NCBI GenBank assembly: GCA_005881085.1
Contig: VBGU01000001.1
Span: 1 to 33,490 of the forward strand
DNA: 33,490 nt
Source: Chloroflexota bacterium
GTDB taxonomy: Bacteria > Chloroflexota > Limnocylindria > P2-11E
Direction: 5' to 3'
Made by a program: the position numbers and the translations under genes. How positions within the stretch are numbered: position 1 is the stretch's first letter; each line of letters starts with the position of its first letter. Below are positions 1-8,480 of this stretch, in pieces. The notes under the pieces are model-generated. The model ran no database searches and had not been told where the DNA came from. It saw only the letters and a list, made by a program, of their open reading frames with translations.

Positions 1-738
1 CCGCGCAACGACCTCGAGTCCCTCACCGAAGACGGCCTTCACGAGGTCTGGGTGAATGACCTCGAGCGGCGTGCCCTCGCGGACGATCCGGCCATCCGCG
101 ATCGCGACGATCCGCGACGCGAAAGTCGAGGCGAGATTCAAGTCGTGGAGCACGGCGCACACGGCAAGCTGCCGACGCGTCGCGAGGTCGCGAAGAAGTG
201 CGAGCGTCGCCAGCTGATGCCCGGGGTCGAGGTGGACCGTCGGCTCGTCGAGAAGAAGCACCGCCGTGTCCTGCGCGAGGGCCATCGCAAGAACGGCGCG
301 CTGCCGCTCGCCGCCGGAAAGCCGATCGATGCGACGCGCGGCCAGCGGAGCGAGCTCGAGTTCGCCGATAGCCCGATCGACCGCAGCGACGTCATCGGCA
401 GATGCGCGACCGAACGTGCCGAGCCTCGCGGTCCTGCCGAGTGCTACCACCTCGCGTACCGTGAACGGGAAGAGCGTGTCGAAGATCTGCGGCACAACAG
501 CGATCCGCCGCGCGACCGCGGATCGAGAGAGCGCTGTCAGGTCCTGACCGTCAAGAGCGACGGCTCCCACGGTTGGTCGCAACAAACCCGCGAGCACGCG
601 CAGCAGGGTCGACTTCCCGGCCCCGTTCGGCCCGACGATCGCGACGATCTCGCCCGAGTGCACTGAAAAGGTGCAGTCGCGCAGCACGAGGCGAGGGCCG
701 TATGCCGCGGTGACCGCGGTCGCGGCCAGGGTCGTCAT
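1..738 (-). CDS. ABC transporter ATP-binding subunit (FecE/BtuD-like, siderophore/cobalamin importer family); 3' end runs off the window
   Basis: Absent from the ORF track because no stop lies in the window. Reverse-strand translation from ATG at 738 gives MTTLAATAVTAAYGPRLVLRDCTFSVHSGEIVAIVGPNGAGKSTLLRVLA (Walker A, nt ~600-660). It also has the LSGGERQ signature (~300-320), VLLLDEP Walker B (~240-262) and HDLNLA H-loop. The frame stays open to nt 1. ATGA overlap with the permease stop. The + ORF 52..666 is its antisense shadow. Confidence 0.9.
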   Translation of the reverse strand, partial: MTTLAATAVTAAYGPRLVLRDCTFSVHSGEIVAIVGPNGAGKSTLLRVLAGLLRPTVGAVALDGQDLTALSRSAVARRIAVVPQIFDTLFPFTVREVVALGRTARLGTFGRASADDVAAVDRAIGELELAPLAARRIDRLSGGERQRAVLAMALAQDTAVLLLDEPTVHLDPGHQLATLALLRDLATRRQLAVCAVLHDLNLASTFASRIVAIADGRIVREGTPLEVIHPDLVKAVFGEGLEVVAR

Positions 739-1721
739 ACGACGATCCGCCGCGAGCGCACGAGAAGCGCGAGGAAGAACGGGGCGCCGATGAGACCGGT
801 GATCGCGCCGACTGGGAGCTCCGCGGGAGCGATGAGCGTTCGCGATCCGAGATCCGCGAGGACGAGGGCCGCGGCGCCCGCGAGGAAGCTCGCCGGCACG
901 AGACGCCGATGCGTCGCGCCGATCACGAAGCGCAACGCGTGCGGGATCACCAGGCCGACAAAGCCCACGAGACCGGCGAGGGCGACCGCCGCGCCGGAGA
1001 GCAGCGCAGTCGCGCCGAGAACCGCCGTCGTCGTGCGATCGGGATCCACGCCGAGCGTCGCCGCCGTCTCCTCGCCGAAGGCGTAAGCGTCGACGCGATG
1101 CGCGAGGACGAGCGCGAAGCCGAGACCGACTGCCACGATGACCGCGGCCACGCCGAGCTCCGGCCAGCTGATCACCGAAACCCCGCCCTGCAGCCAGCCC
1201 AGCACCGCGCGCAGCTGCAGCGCGAGGCGATCGCTCGAGACGAGAAGGAACGTGACCACAGCACCCGCGAACGACGTGAGAACGACTCCGGCGAGGAGGA
1301 CGGTCAGCACGGTCGTACCGCCGCCGAGGCGCGCGAGCCGCCACACCAGGGTGACCGTGACGAGAGCGCCAGCGAACGCGGCGAGCGGCACGAGCGGAGC
1401 GGCCAGCCCGAGGACGATCGCGGCCACGGCGGCGAGCGTCGCGCCGGCGGACGTACCGGTGACGAACGGATCGGCGAGCGGATTGCGCAGGAGACCCTGG
1501 AGGAGCGCGCCGGCGGTCGCGAGCGATCCCCCGACGAGCGCCGCGCCGAGGACACGCGGGAGCCGCAGCTCGCGGATGATCGTGCCGTTCACGTCGTTCG
1601 ACCCGAAGAGGGCGGCGAGGACGTCACGCGGGCCTATCGCGACCGCGCCGACGAGGATTCCCGCGGCCGCGCTCACGACGAGCGCGGCCACGAGGAGCGC
1701 GAGGACCGAAAGCGTGCGCAC
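735..1721 (-). CDS. FecCD-family ABC permease (BtuC/FhuB-like)
   Basis: 328-aa polytopic ORF containing LRLPRVLGAALVGGSLATAGALLQGLLRNPLADPFVTG, the hallmark FecCD segment. GTG start overlaps the binding-protein stop by 1 nt. Its stop overlaps the ATPase ATG. Confidence 0.92.
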   Translation of the reverse strand: MRTLSVLALLVAALVVSAAAGILVGAVAIGPRDVLAALFGSNDVNGTIIRELRLPRVLGAALVGGSLATAGALLQGLLRNPLADPFVTGTSAGATLAAVAAIVLGLAAPLVPLAAFAGALVTVTLVWRLARLGGGTTVLTVLLAGVVLTSFAGAVVTFLLVSSDRLALQLRAVLGWLQGGVSVISWPELGVAAVIVAVGLGFALVLAHRVDAYAFGEETAATLGVDPDRTTTAVLGATALLSGAAVALAGLVGFVGLVIPHALRFVIGATHRRLVPASFLAGAAALVLADLGSRTLIAPAELPVGAITGLIGAPFFLALLVRSRRIVV

Positions 1722-2650
1722 TATCGGAAGAGCTCCGGGTGGACCAGCTTCGCGTACGCCTCGGCGGCCTCGCCGACGCGCGGGCCCGGCCGATTGATCA
1801 GGTTCGGGTCGATCGTGAAGATGCGGTTGTTCTTGACCGCGGCGATGATCGACCAGCCCTGTCGTGCCGCGACGTCGCCGGGCTTCGAGGAGTACGCGTC
1901 CGCCGCGAGAACGATGATCTCGGGGTCGCTTCGGAGGATCTCCTCGGCCGAGAGCTGCGGGTACGCCGACGCGGCGCGTGCCGCGATGTTCGCTCCACCG
2001 GCGATGTCGATGAGGTCGTTGATATAGGAGCCTGGACCGACAGTGAAGATCTTTGCCGGGTCCGACGCGTCGATCTCGTGATACACGCGCGGTCGCGTGG
2101 TGGTGGTCGCGATCTTTGTCCTTACGGCGTCGACACGCTGCTGGATCGAGTGCGCGAGGGCTTCACCGTCCGAGCCGATGGCCTTCCCGAGCAGCGTCGC
2201 GGTCTTCGCGACGTCGGAGACGCTCTGGGGGTCGACGACGAGCACGTTGAGCGACGCGGACTGCAGCTTCTCGATCGTGCCGTCGGAGAACTTCACGCTG
2301 AAGACCAGGTCGGGCTTCAGCGCGACCACCTTCTCGAAGTTCACTTTGATGCCGCCGACGTGCTCGCGAGTCGCGGCTTCGGCGGGCTCGTCCGAGAAGT
2401 CGTCGACACCGACGACACGAGGACCGGCGCCGAGAGCGAAGAGGAACGCCGTGATCGACGGACCGATGGACACGAGGCGCTCGGGTCGCGCGGGAATCGT
2501 GACCGAGCGGTTCTGGAAGTCGGTGAGCGCCGCCGGGAACGGGGACGCGGTGACGGAAGGCGAAGGCGTGAGGGAGACAGCACCGCCGCAGGAGGCGAGC
2601 GTGAGGATGAGGACCGCGAGGAACGAGACGAGACGTGCGTGTGGCCGCAT
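1721..2650 (-). CDS. Periplasmic binding lipoprotein of a cobalamin/siderophore ABC importer (BtuF-like)
   Basis: Lipoprotein signal MRPHARLVSFLAVLILTLASCGG, then RLVSIGPSITAFLFALG and DLVF motifs typical of class III binding proteins. ATG at 2650 lies 8 nt downstream of AAAGGGG (SD), so it is preferred over the GTG at 2659. A B12 riboswitch lies directly upstream. Confidence 0.88.
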   Translation of the reverse strand: MRPHARLVSFLAVLILTLASCGGAVSLTPSPSVTASPFPAALTDFQNRSVTIPARPERLVSIGPSITAFLFALGAGPRVVGVDDFSDEPAEAATREHVGGIKVNFEKVVALKPDLVFSVKFSDGTIEKLQSASLNVLVVDPQSVSDVAKTATLLGKAIGSDGEALAHSIQQRVDAVRTKIATTTTRPRVYHEIDASDPAKIFTVGPGSYINDLIDIAGGANIAARAASAYPQLSAEEILRSDPEIIVLAADAYSSKPGDVAARQGWSIIAAVKNNRIFTIDPNLINRPGPRVGEAAEAYAKLVHPELFR

Positions 2651-2661
2651 CTGGCGCACCC

Positions 2662-2800
2662 CTTTCTTGCGAAGGCGTGTATGCCGCGAGCGGATGTCCC
2701 AGGCGACCCGAGTTGAGGCGTTTGCCTTTCACGGTGGCGCGACCCTGCCGGAATCTCACCGGCTTCGCTGAAACCCCGCGTATTCAGTTGTCCGCGAGGC
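2662..2800 (-). promoter_or_regulatory. Cobalamin (B12) riboswitch in the 5' leader of the btuF-like operon
   Basis: Reverse strand reads ...CGCGGGGTTTCAGCGAAGCCGGTGAGATTCCGGCAGGGTCGCGCCACCGTGAAAGGCAAA...GGGTCGCCTGGGACATCCGC... This matches the conserved GAAGCCGGTGAGAAtCCGGCrcGGTCcCGCCACYGT core, including the B12 box (GCCACCG), and the distal GCCaGGaaaCCtGC element. A CCTTC-GCAA-GAAAGG hairpin (nt ~2661-2677) can sequester the SD, which suggests translational control. Confidence 0.82.
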
Positions 2801-2803
2801 TCG

Positions 2804-3067
2804 TTAGGCGGGCACGTGCTCCTGTGTGAACCGCGCGTTGTCCGTGAGGTGTGAGGCGAAGACGCGCTGCAGCGTCATGACGTGAGCGCAGAGGCCGCTC
2901 GTATGGAAGTGCTCGCACTCGCAGTTCCAGTCATCGCCCCTGAGGGAGACGGCGTGCGTGCCGTTTTCACCGCGGAACGCGACCTCGAAGCTCCGGAAAC
3001 TGATGCGTTCGGGCTCTTCGGCGTAGCGCTTCGCCTTCTCGATCTTGGAGATGAGGCTCGAGTACAT
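2804..3067 (-). CDS. Small stand-alone SWIM zinc-finger protein (87 aa)
   Basis: C-x-C-x9-C-x-H signature in WNCECEHFHTSGLCAHV. Native GC3-rich codon usage. ATG at 3067 lies 5 nt downstream of GGAGGAG, so it is preferred over the GTG at 3079. Confidence 0.75.
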   Translation of the reverse strand: MYSSLISKIEKAKRYAEEPERISFRSFEVAFRGENGTHAVSLRGDDWNCECEHFHTSGLCAHVMTLQRVFASHLTDNARFTQEHVPA

Positions 3068-3153
3068 GATCTCCTCCACACTCCTGATTCAGTTTGGCCT
3101 CGCCGGACGTGCCGAGTTTAGACCCGCCCCGTATCCTTCGAAACTCTGTGAAA

Positions 3154-4359
3154 ATGCGGCCGATTTCCGGCTGGGTCCGCATGACGATCCTCTTCACCAT
3201 CGCAGGATTCTTCGAGGTCGCGGCCTATGGCCAGATCACCGCGTTCACGCCGCTCTACCTGCCGCGGCTTGGCGTCGAGCTGAGCGCCGTCCCGTTCTGG
3301 GTCGGCGCGATCACATCTTTTTCGAGCGTCGTCGGTCTGCCGTTCCTGCCGTTCTGGGGAGCGCTCGCCGACCGGTACGGACGCAAGCCGCTGATCATCC
3401 GCTCGTTTGTTGCCGCGTTCGCCGCGCTCGCACTCACCGTCCTCGCGCCGAACGTGTGGGTCTTCACCTTCGCGCGCGCCGTCCAGTCGCTCGGGCTCGG
3501 GAACACCGGCCTGATCCTCGCGACGCTCGCCGAGCGCACCCCTCCCGCACGCATCGCGTTCGCCTTCGGGGTCGTCAACGGCGCGAATCCTCTCGGAGGT
3601 TTCCTCGGTCCCCTCGTCGGCGGACCGGTCATGGATCGGTTCGGTTTTCCCATATTGATCGCCGCCGACGCGGCGATCATGACCGTCGTCGTGGTGATGC
3701 TCGCGTTCGGTTATCGCGACGGCTTCGTGCCGCGGCCGGCTGGCGGATCGCTCCTACGGATGGCCGGCGACGGGATCCTTCTCATCGTCCGGTCGCCGCG
3801 CCTGCGCGCGCTCTTCCCCGCGCTGTTCCTGCTGTTCGCGGGCTGGATGCTCGCTTTCATCTACGTCCCCCTGGTCGTGGCACGCCTGTACACGGGGTCG
3901 GATCCGGCGACAGCGGTCGGCATCGTGCTCGGCGCGGGAGGTCTCGGGATCTTTGTCGCCTCACCGGTGATCGGCGCGATCGCCGATCGCTTCGGAAAGG
4001 CGCGGACGCTCTTCGCGGGATGCGCGGTGTTGGCCGCGGTCTGGTCCATACCGTTCTTCACGCGCGAGCTCCTTCCATTCACGGTCGCCTGGACCGTCGT
4101 GAACGGCCTGGCGGCGGGACTTTTCAGCGTGTCGTTCACGATGCTCTCGGCGTCCGCCACCGACGCGACGAGGGGTCGCGTCATGACCTTTGCGTATGTG
4201 CCAACGAACATCGGGTTCGTCATCGGGCCGGCCATCGGGAGCGTGGTCGCCTCGGTGGATGTATTCCTGGTGTTCCCGGCGGCGGCGGTACTCACGACCT
4301 TGGGCCTGGCTGCGGTGATCTACGCGTGGCGCCAGCCAGTCGCGATAGCGAATCCCTAG
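3154..4359 (+). CDS. MFS transporter
   Basis: About 12 hydrophobic segments and MFS motif A (GALADRYGRKPLII). The start is uncertain: ATG 3154 is chosen, with in-frame alternatives TTG 3094 and ATG 3181. The stop shares a CTAG with the convergent NUDIX gene. Confidence 0.85.
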   Translation: MRPISGWVRMTILFTIAGFFEVAAYGQITAFTPLYLPRLGVELSAVPFWVGAITSFSSVVGLPFLPFWGALADRYGRKPLIIRSFVAAFAALALTVLAPNVWVFTFARAVQSLGLGNTGLILATLAERTPPARIAFAFGVVNGANPLGGFLGPLVGGPVMDRFGFPILIAADAAIMTVVVVMLAFGYRDGFVPRPAGGSLLRMAGDGILLIVRSPRLRALFPALFLLFAGWMLAFIYVPLVVARLYTGSDPATAVGIVLGAGGLGIFVASPVIGAIADRFGKARTLFAGCAVLAAVWSIPFFTRELLPFTVAWTVVNGLAAGLFSVSFTMLSASATDATRGRVMTFAYVPTNIGFVIGPAIGSVVASVDVFLVFPAAAVLTTLGLAAVIYAWRQPVAIANP

Positions 4360-4931
4360 GGCCGTGGCGGCTCGTACGCGCGCCAGGCGTCGAGGCCGTG
4401 GGCCGTCGATGGCCAGGCGAGTTCTTCAAGCGGTGGCACCTTGTCCTTGCGGAAGAACGCCGCCTCGGACGCCTCGTCCGGCGCAACGCGCAGCGTGCCC
4501 GCGGTGATGTGCGCGCGGTAGATCACGACGAGGATCGGAAAACCCGGGCGCATCCAGGTCGCGAGAAGTCCGTCGAGCGCGACGTTGAAGCCCGTCTCCT
4601 CGGTGGTCTCGCGTCGCGCGGCCTCCTCGAAGGTTTCGTCGTTCTCGACGAGACCGCCGGGGAGCGCCCAGCGACCGTCGCGCGGGCCGTAGTTCAGGCG
4701 GACGAGGAGCACGCCGCCGTCGCGCTCGACGACCGTGTTCGCTCCGATCTGCACGAACATGAACTCGGCGAAGCCGCAGACCGGGCAGGTCGGCCGGTCG
4801 CGTCCGTCGATACGCGTGAGCACGAGCGGCGTTCCGTCACGGGGGCAGAACGAAAAGCGAAACTGCCCGGACTCGGCCACGATGGCAGGGGCACGGGCCC
4901 CTGATGGGGTATGGGCCCCAGGGTGTTTCAA
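4356..4931 (-). CDS. NUDIX hydrolase with N-terminal zinc ribbon
   Basis: NUDIX box GGLVENDETFEEAARRETTEETG. N-terminal CPRDG...CPVCG zinc-ribbon pattern. TTG start at 4931 lies 7 nt downstream of AAGGG. GTG at 4880 is an alternative. Confidence 0.85.
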   Translation of the reverse strand: MKHPGAHTPSGARAPAIVAESGQFRFSFCPRDGTPLVLTRIDGRDRPTCPVCGFAEFMFVQIGANTVVERDGGVLLVRLNYGPRDGRWALPGGLVENDETFEEAARRETTEETGFNVALDGLLATWMRPGFPILVVIYRAHITAGTLRVAPDEASEAAFFRKDKVPPLEELAWPSTAHGLDAWRAYEPPRP

Positions 4932-4934
4932 CCC

Positions 4935-6014
4935 TCAACCCTTAGCGAGGCGATCCTTCAGAAAGTCGATGCTGTCGTTCGGCGACGGGTCGGCGCCGTT
5001 CAGCAATGCGACGTAGAACGACACGTAGTCGGTGAAGAGCACCATCTGCAGGACCTCGGAGAGCATGTTCCGTCCCGCAAATTGCAAGGTCTTGTGCGGG
5101 ATCCGCGCGCGATCGAGCAACTCGCGCGTGACCTCGAAACGCAGCTTGTGCCGCGGGTTGTCGCGATCGCTCCGCAGGAGCAGGACGGTCAGTGCCTCTT
5201 TGGCGATCGGCGGATGCGGGAACCCGACCACCGCGTTGTGGTTCAGCTCGGGCATCACATCGAACGCCGCCCAGTTCTTGGCGTTCTCGTTCCACTGGCC
5301 CTTTGCGCGCCTCGCCATGACCCCCATGACGCCTGCGCCGTACATGAACGGGACGCGGCCGAACAACTCGATGGCGACCTTCTTGGCGTCGTTCGTCTTC
5401 GCGCCCTCATGGACGCGCTCTTCCAGCTTCGCGAGGTCAGCGAGCGCCGCCTCGATGTCGTCGGCGAGATCGCGCACGAAACCGAGCCTCGACAGAGCAC
5501 CGAGCACGAGCCCGAGCGAGTAGCCGAGCGTCGCGCGGGGCCGGGCTTTGTAGCTGAACGTGATCACCGGGTAGTTCGACGCGCGCGCGAGCTCAACAAG
5601 CTTTCCTCCCGTCGTGATCGCGAGGATTTTCGCGCCACGCTTGCGCGCCTCCTCGAACCCAGACAGGGTCTCCTCGGTATTCCCCGAGTAGCTCGAGACA
5701 ATGACGAGCGAGTCGCGACCGACAAAGGCCGGGAGCCCGTAGTCGCGGTGGACCATCGCCGGGATCTTGAGCTCTTCAGTGAGCAGCGCGAGCGCGAGAT
5801 CTCCCCCGATCGCCGATCCGCCCATGCCCGCGATGGTGATATTGCGTACGTCGGCGTATGCCGGCGGAAGCGTGGCCTTGCTCGCGATGGCCCACGCGTC
5901 GCGCACCTGCTTGGGAAGATCCTTGATGCGGCCGAGCATGTCGTCGGGGTCCGCCGCACGGATGCGCTCCACGCTCTCGATCACCGAGGTGTCGTGGCTC
6001 TCTGCTATCGCCAT
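4935..6014 (-). CDS. Bifunctional phosphoglucose/phosphomannose isomerase (SIS-domain PGI/PMI family)
   Basis: SIS motifs GMGGSAIGG and VSSYSGNTEETL, with a C-terminal PGI/PMI-type domain. ATG at 6014 (MAIAESHD...) sits 2 nt after the upstream gene's stop. The 41-codon Arg-rich extension to 6137 overlaps that gene and is rejected. Confidence 0.85.
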   Translation of the reverse strand: MAIAESHDTSVIESVERIRAADPDDMLGRIKDLPKQVRDAWAIASKATLPPAYADVRNITIAGMGGSAIGGDLALALLTEELKIPAMVHRDYGLPAFVGRDSLVIVSSYSGNTEETLSGFEEARKRGAKILAITTGGKLVELARASNYPVITFSYKARPRATLGYSLGLVLGALSRLGFVRDLADDIEAALADLAKLEERVHEGAKTNDAKKVAIELFGRVPFMYGAGVMGVMARRAKGQWNENAKNWAAFDVMPELNHNAVVGFPHPPIAKEALTVLLLRSDRDNPRHKLRFEVTRELLDRARIPHKTLQFAGRNMLSEVLQMVLFTDYVSFYVALLNGADPSPNDSIDFLKDRLAKG

Positions 6015-6016
6015 CG

Positions 6017-7462
6017 CTAAGCCCCCTTCACGATCTTCACGCCGGCATCGAGGAGCGGCGCGAGCTCGCGTTCTTCTTTTGTCTCCGCGTAGACGCGGAC
6101 GAGCGGCTCGGTCCCGGAAAGGCGGATGAGAAGCCACGAGCCGTCGTCGAGAAAGAACTTCGTTCCGTCGTTCGTGTCAAGGTGCACGATCCGTGCGACG
6201 GCGTGGCCGGCGAGCTTTTCGGGCGCGACCTCGCGGAGCGTCCGCATCGTCCGCTCCTTCACCCCCGCGTACTCGGCCGCGCTGAAATGCAGGTCGCGCC
6301 GTAGATAGAAGGACGGGCCGGCGATCTTCATGAGCTCCGCGATGAGATCCGACGGCTTCTTCTTCGTCTTCAGCATGAAGTCGAGGAAGAAAAGGTCGGC
6401 CACGATGCCGTCGCGCTCGGGCAGATGCATCGCGAAGCCGAATCCGCCCGATTCCTCGCCGCCCATCATCGCGCCGGTCTCCTGCATCTTCGGCCCGATG
6501 TACTTGAACCCGACCGGGACCTCGTAGACCTTCACGCCGTAACGCTCGCCAAGACGATCGACCATCGATGTCATGTTCACCGTCTTGACGACCGGCTGGC
6601 GAAGACCGCGGACCTCGCAGAGGTACCACATGAGGAGCGCGTAGAGGGTGAGCGTCGTGACGAAGTGGCCCTGCTCGTCCGCCAGCCCGGCGCGGTCCGC
6701 GTCGCCGTCGACCGCGAGACCGACGTTGGCGCGCTCGGCCGGGATCCGCCGCAGGAACTCGTCGATGTTCGGCGGGATGGGCTCCGGGTTCACGCCGCCG
6801 AAATAGGGATTGCGCTCGGCGTGGAGCTCGACGACCTTCGTCTTACCGCCACCGATGAGCTTGGGGAAATACCCGCTTGCGCTGCCGAACAGTGTCTCGC
6901 ACACGACCGTGTATCCGGCGCCGCGGAACGCGTCGAGATCGAAGAGCTCGGCGACGTGCGCGAGATAGTCCGGTGCCGGGTCGAACTCCTCGATGCGGCC
7001 TTTCTTCTTCGCCTCGTCAAACGGGATGCGCCGCACCTTGTCAGGGTGCGCCTGAAGCGGGTGGATGATCGCTTCGAGCTCCTTGAGCATCGCCGGGCCG
7101 CCCGCGGCTCCAGTCTCGGCCTTCACCTTGAAGCCGTTGTCGGTCCAGGGGTTGTGGCTCGCCGTGATCACGATCCCGGCCTTCGCCTTCCGGCGCATGG
7201 TCGCCCACGAGAACGATTGCGTCGGCGCGGCCGCGGTCGCGAGATGCACGTTCACGTCATGGGCCGCGACCACTTCCGCAGCGGCAGCCGCGAAATGCTC
7301 CGACGCGAAACGGCGATCGAAGCCGATCACGACGCCGCGATCGGCGCCGCCGTTCTTCACCACCCACTCGGCGACGGATTGCGCGCACACGCGGACAGCG
7401 TCGAACGTGTACTCGTCAGCAATGCGGGCTCGCCAGCCATCGGTCCCAAAGACGATGTTCAC
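6017..7462 (-). CDS. Phosphomannomutase/phosphoglucomutase (alpha-D-phosphohexomutase)
   Basis: Catalytic TASHNP, metal loop DGDADR, sugar loop GEESGG and an N-terminal FGTDGWRA. GTG at 7462 forms a GTGA overlap with the upstream stop. The extension to 7579 is rejected. Confidence 0.92.
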   Translation of the reverse strand: MNIVFGTDGWRARIADEYTFDAVRVCAQSVAEWVVKNGGADRGVVIGFDRRFASEHFAAAAAEVVAAHDVNVHLATAAAPTQSFSWATMRRKAKAGIVITASHNPWTDNGFKVKAETGAAGGPAMLKELEAIIHPLQAHPDKVRRIPFDEAKKKGRIEEFDPAPDYLAHVAELFDLDAFRGAGYTVVCETLFGSASGYFPKLIGGGKTKVVELHAERNPYFGGVNPEPIPPNIDEFLRRIPAERANVGLAVDGDADRAGLADEQGHFVTTLTLYALLMWYLCEVRGLRQPVVKTVNMTSMVDRLGERYGVKVYEVPVGFKYIGPKMQETGAMMGGEESGGFGFAMHLPERDGIVADLFFLDFMLKTKKKPSDLIAELMKIAGPSFYLRRDLHFSAAEYAGVKERTMRTLREVAPEKLAGHAVARIVHLDTNDGTKFFLDDGSWLLIRLSGTEPLVRVYAETKEERELAPLLDAGVKIVKGA

Positions 7463-8451
7463 CGATACGGGGGCTGGGGGGCATAGCCCCCCAAGGTCTT
7501 GGCATACACCTGAATAGCGGCCCTCCAGTGATCGAGCGTATCGCGGAGCGAGTCGGCGAGCGCGATACGGGGCGACCAATCGGTCTTTTGCCGAAAACGC
7601 GTGGCGTCGAGGGCGATGCGGGTGGGATCGCCGCCGCGGACGCGCGAGGGGTCGAGCTCCGCGCGGACCGGGATGCGCGCGAGCGCGATCAGGATGTCGA
7701 GGATCTCCGCGATCGCGACGGCGCGGCCGGTACCGACGTTGAAGGTGCCGCCCTCGGCTAGCCCCATCGCGGCCGCGTAGGCGCGAGCCATGTCGCGGAC
7801 GTCCAGAAAGTCGCGTTCGGCGTCGAGGCGACCGTGGCGCACCACGGGCTCGGCGAGACCGGCCTCGGCCTCGGCGATCTGCTTCGCGAATGCCGAAGCG
7901 GCGAGGCCCGGGTGCTGTCGCGGGCCGTTCTGGTTGGCGGGTCGCAGGATGGCGACCGGCGCGCCGTGACGCGCGGCGAACTCGCGGGTTAGCGCCTCGG
8001 CCGCGACCTTGGTGGCCGAATAGACATTCGCGGGGCGGATCGGCGCCTCCTCGTCCACGGGAACGCGGTCGGGAGCGCCGTACACGTCGGCGCTCGACGC
8101 GAGCACCAGCCGCGTCGTCGGATACCGCTCGAGGGCCGTGAGCACGGTCGCGGTGCCAAGCACGTTGACCCGGACCGCGGCGACCGGGTCCGCCGCGGCG
8201 AGCGTCGGAACGGCCATCCCGGCCAGATGCACGATCGCGTCCGCTCGCGAGCCGGCGAGCGCACCTTCGACGTCGTCTAGCCGCGTGATGTCACCTTCAT
8301 GGATACGCACGCGGTCCATCACCGCCACGAGGTTTCTGAAGGGCGGACGTTCGTGCGCGAGACCGTGGACCTCGTCGCCGCGCGACACCAGGTGCTCGGC
8401 GAGGTGACTCCCCGCAAAACCGGTGATGCCGGTGATCAACACGCGGAGCAC
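7459..8451 (-). CDS. NAD(P)-dependent epimerase/dehydratase family protein (GDP-sugar reductase/dehydratase-like)
   Basis: Rossmann start VLITGITGFAGSHL, catalytic YSATK, about 330 aa. Co-oriented and translationally coupled with the PMM and PGI/PMI genes. Confidence 0.85.
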   Translation of the reverse strand: MLRVLITGITGFAGSHLAEHLVSRGDEVHGLAHERPPFRNLVAVMDRVRIHEGDITRLDDVEGALAGSRADAIVHLAGMAVPTLAAADPVAAVRVNVLGTATVLTALERYPTTRLVLASSADVYGAPDRVPVDEEAPIRPANVYSATKVAAEALTREFAARHGAPVAILRPANQNGPRQHPGLAASAFAKQIAEAEAGLAEPVVRHGRLDAERDFLDVRDMARAYAAAMGLAEGGTFNVGTGRAVAIAEILDILIALARIPVRAELDPSRVRGGDPTRIALDATRFRQKTDWSPRIALADSLRDTLDHWRAAIQVYAKTLGGYAPQPPYR

Positions 8452-8468
8452 GGCGGCATCGTGCCACG

Positions 8469-8474
8469 TATGGT
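8469..8474 (+). promoter_or_regulatory. Candidate -10 hexamer (TATGGT) for a leaderless eamA-like transcript
   Basis: TATGGT ends 6 nt before the A of ATG 8481, and there is no SD. The whole divergent intergenic region is only 29 bp. Confidence 0.3.
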
Positions 8475-8480
8475 TTTCGC

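Noticed and set aside
3045-4904. 619-aa plus-strand ORF, the longest in this part of the track
   Set aside because: Its composition is extremely Arg/Gly/Pro-rich with no motifs. It runs out of frame over the MFS gene and antisense to the NUDIX gene, both of which have clear family signatures. This is a typical high-GC shadow ORF. The same reasoning rejects 52..666, 909..2027, 1739..2716, 4911..6020, 6425..7486, 9393..10364, 12994..14424, 14740..15876, 20336..21400, 21493..22515, 23813..25060, 25084..26283, 26287..27282 and similar entries.
4886-4915. GGGCCC-N12-GGGCCC hairpin just after the PGI/PMI stop as an intrinsic terminator
   Set aside because: The stem is only 6 bp with no U-tract. 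It lies inside the probable 5' coding region of the NUDIX gene if TTG 4931 is the start. The evidence is insufficient.
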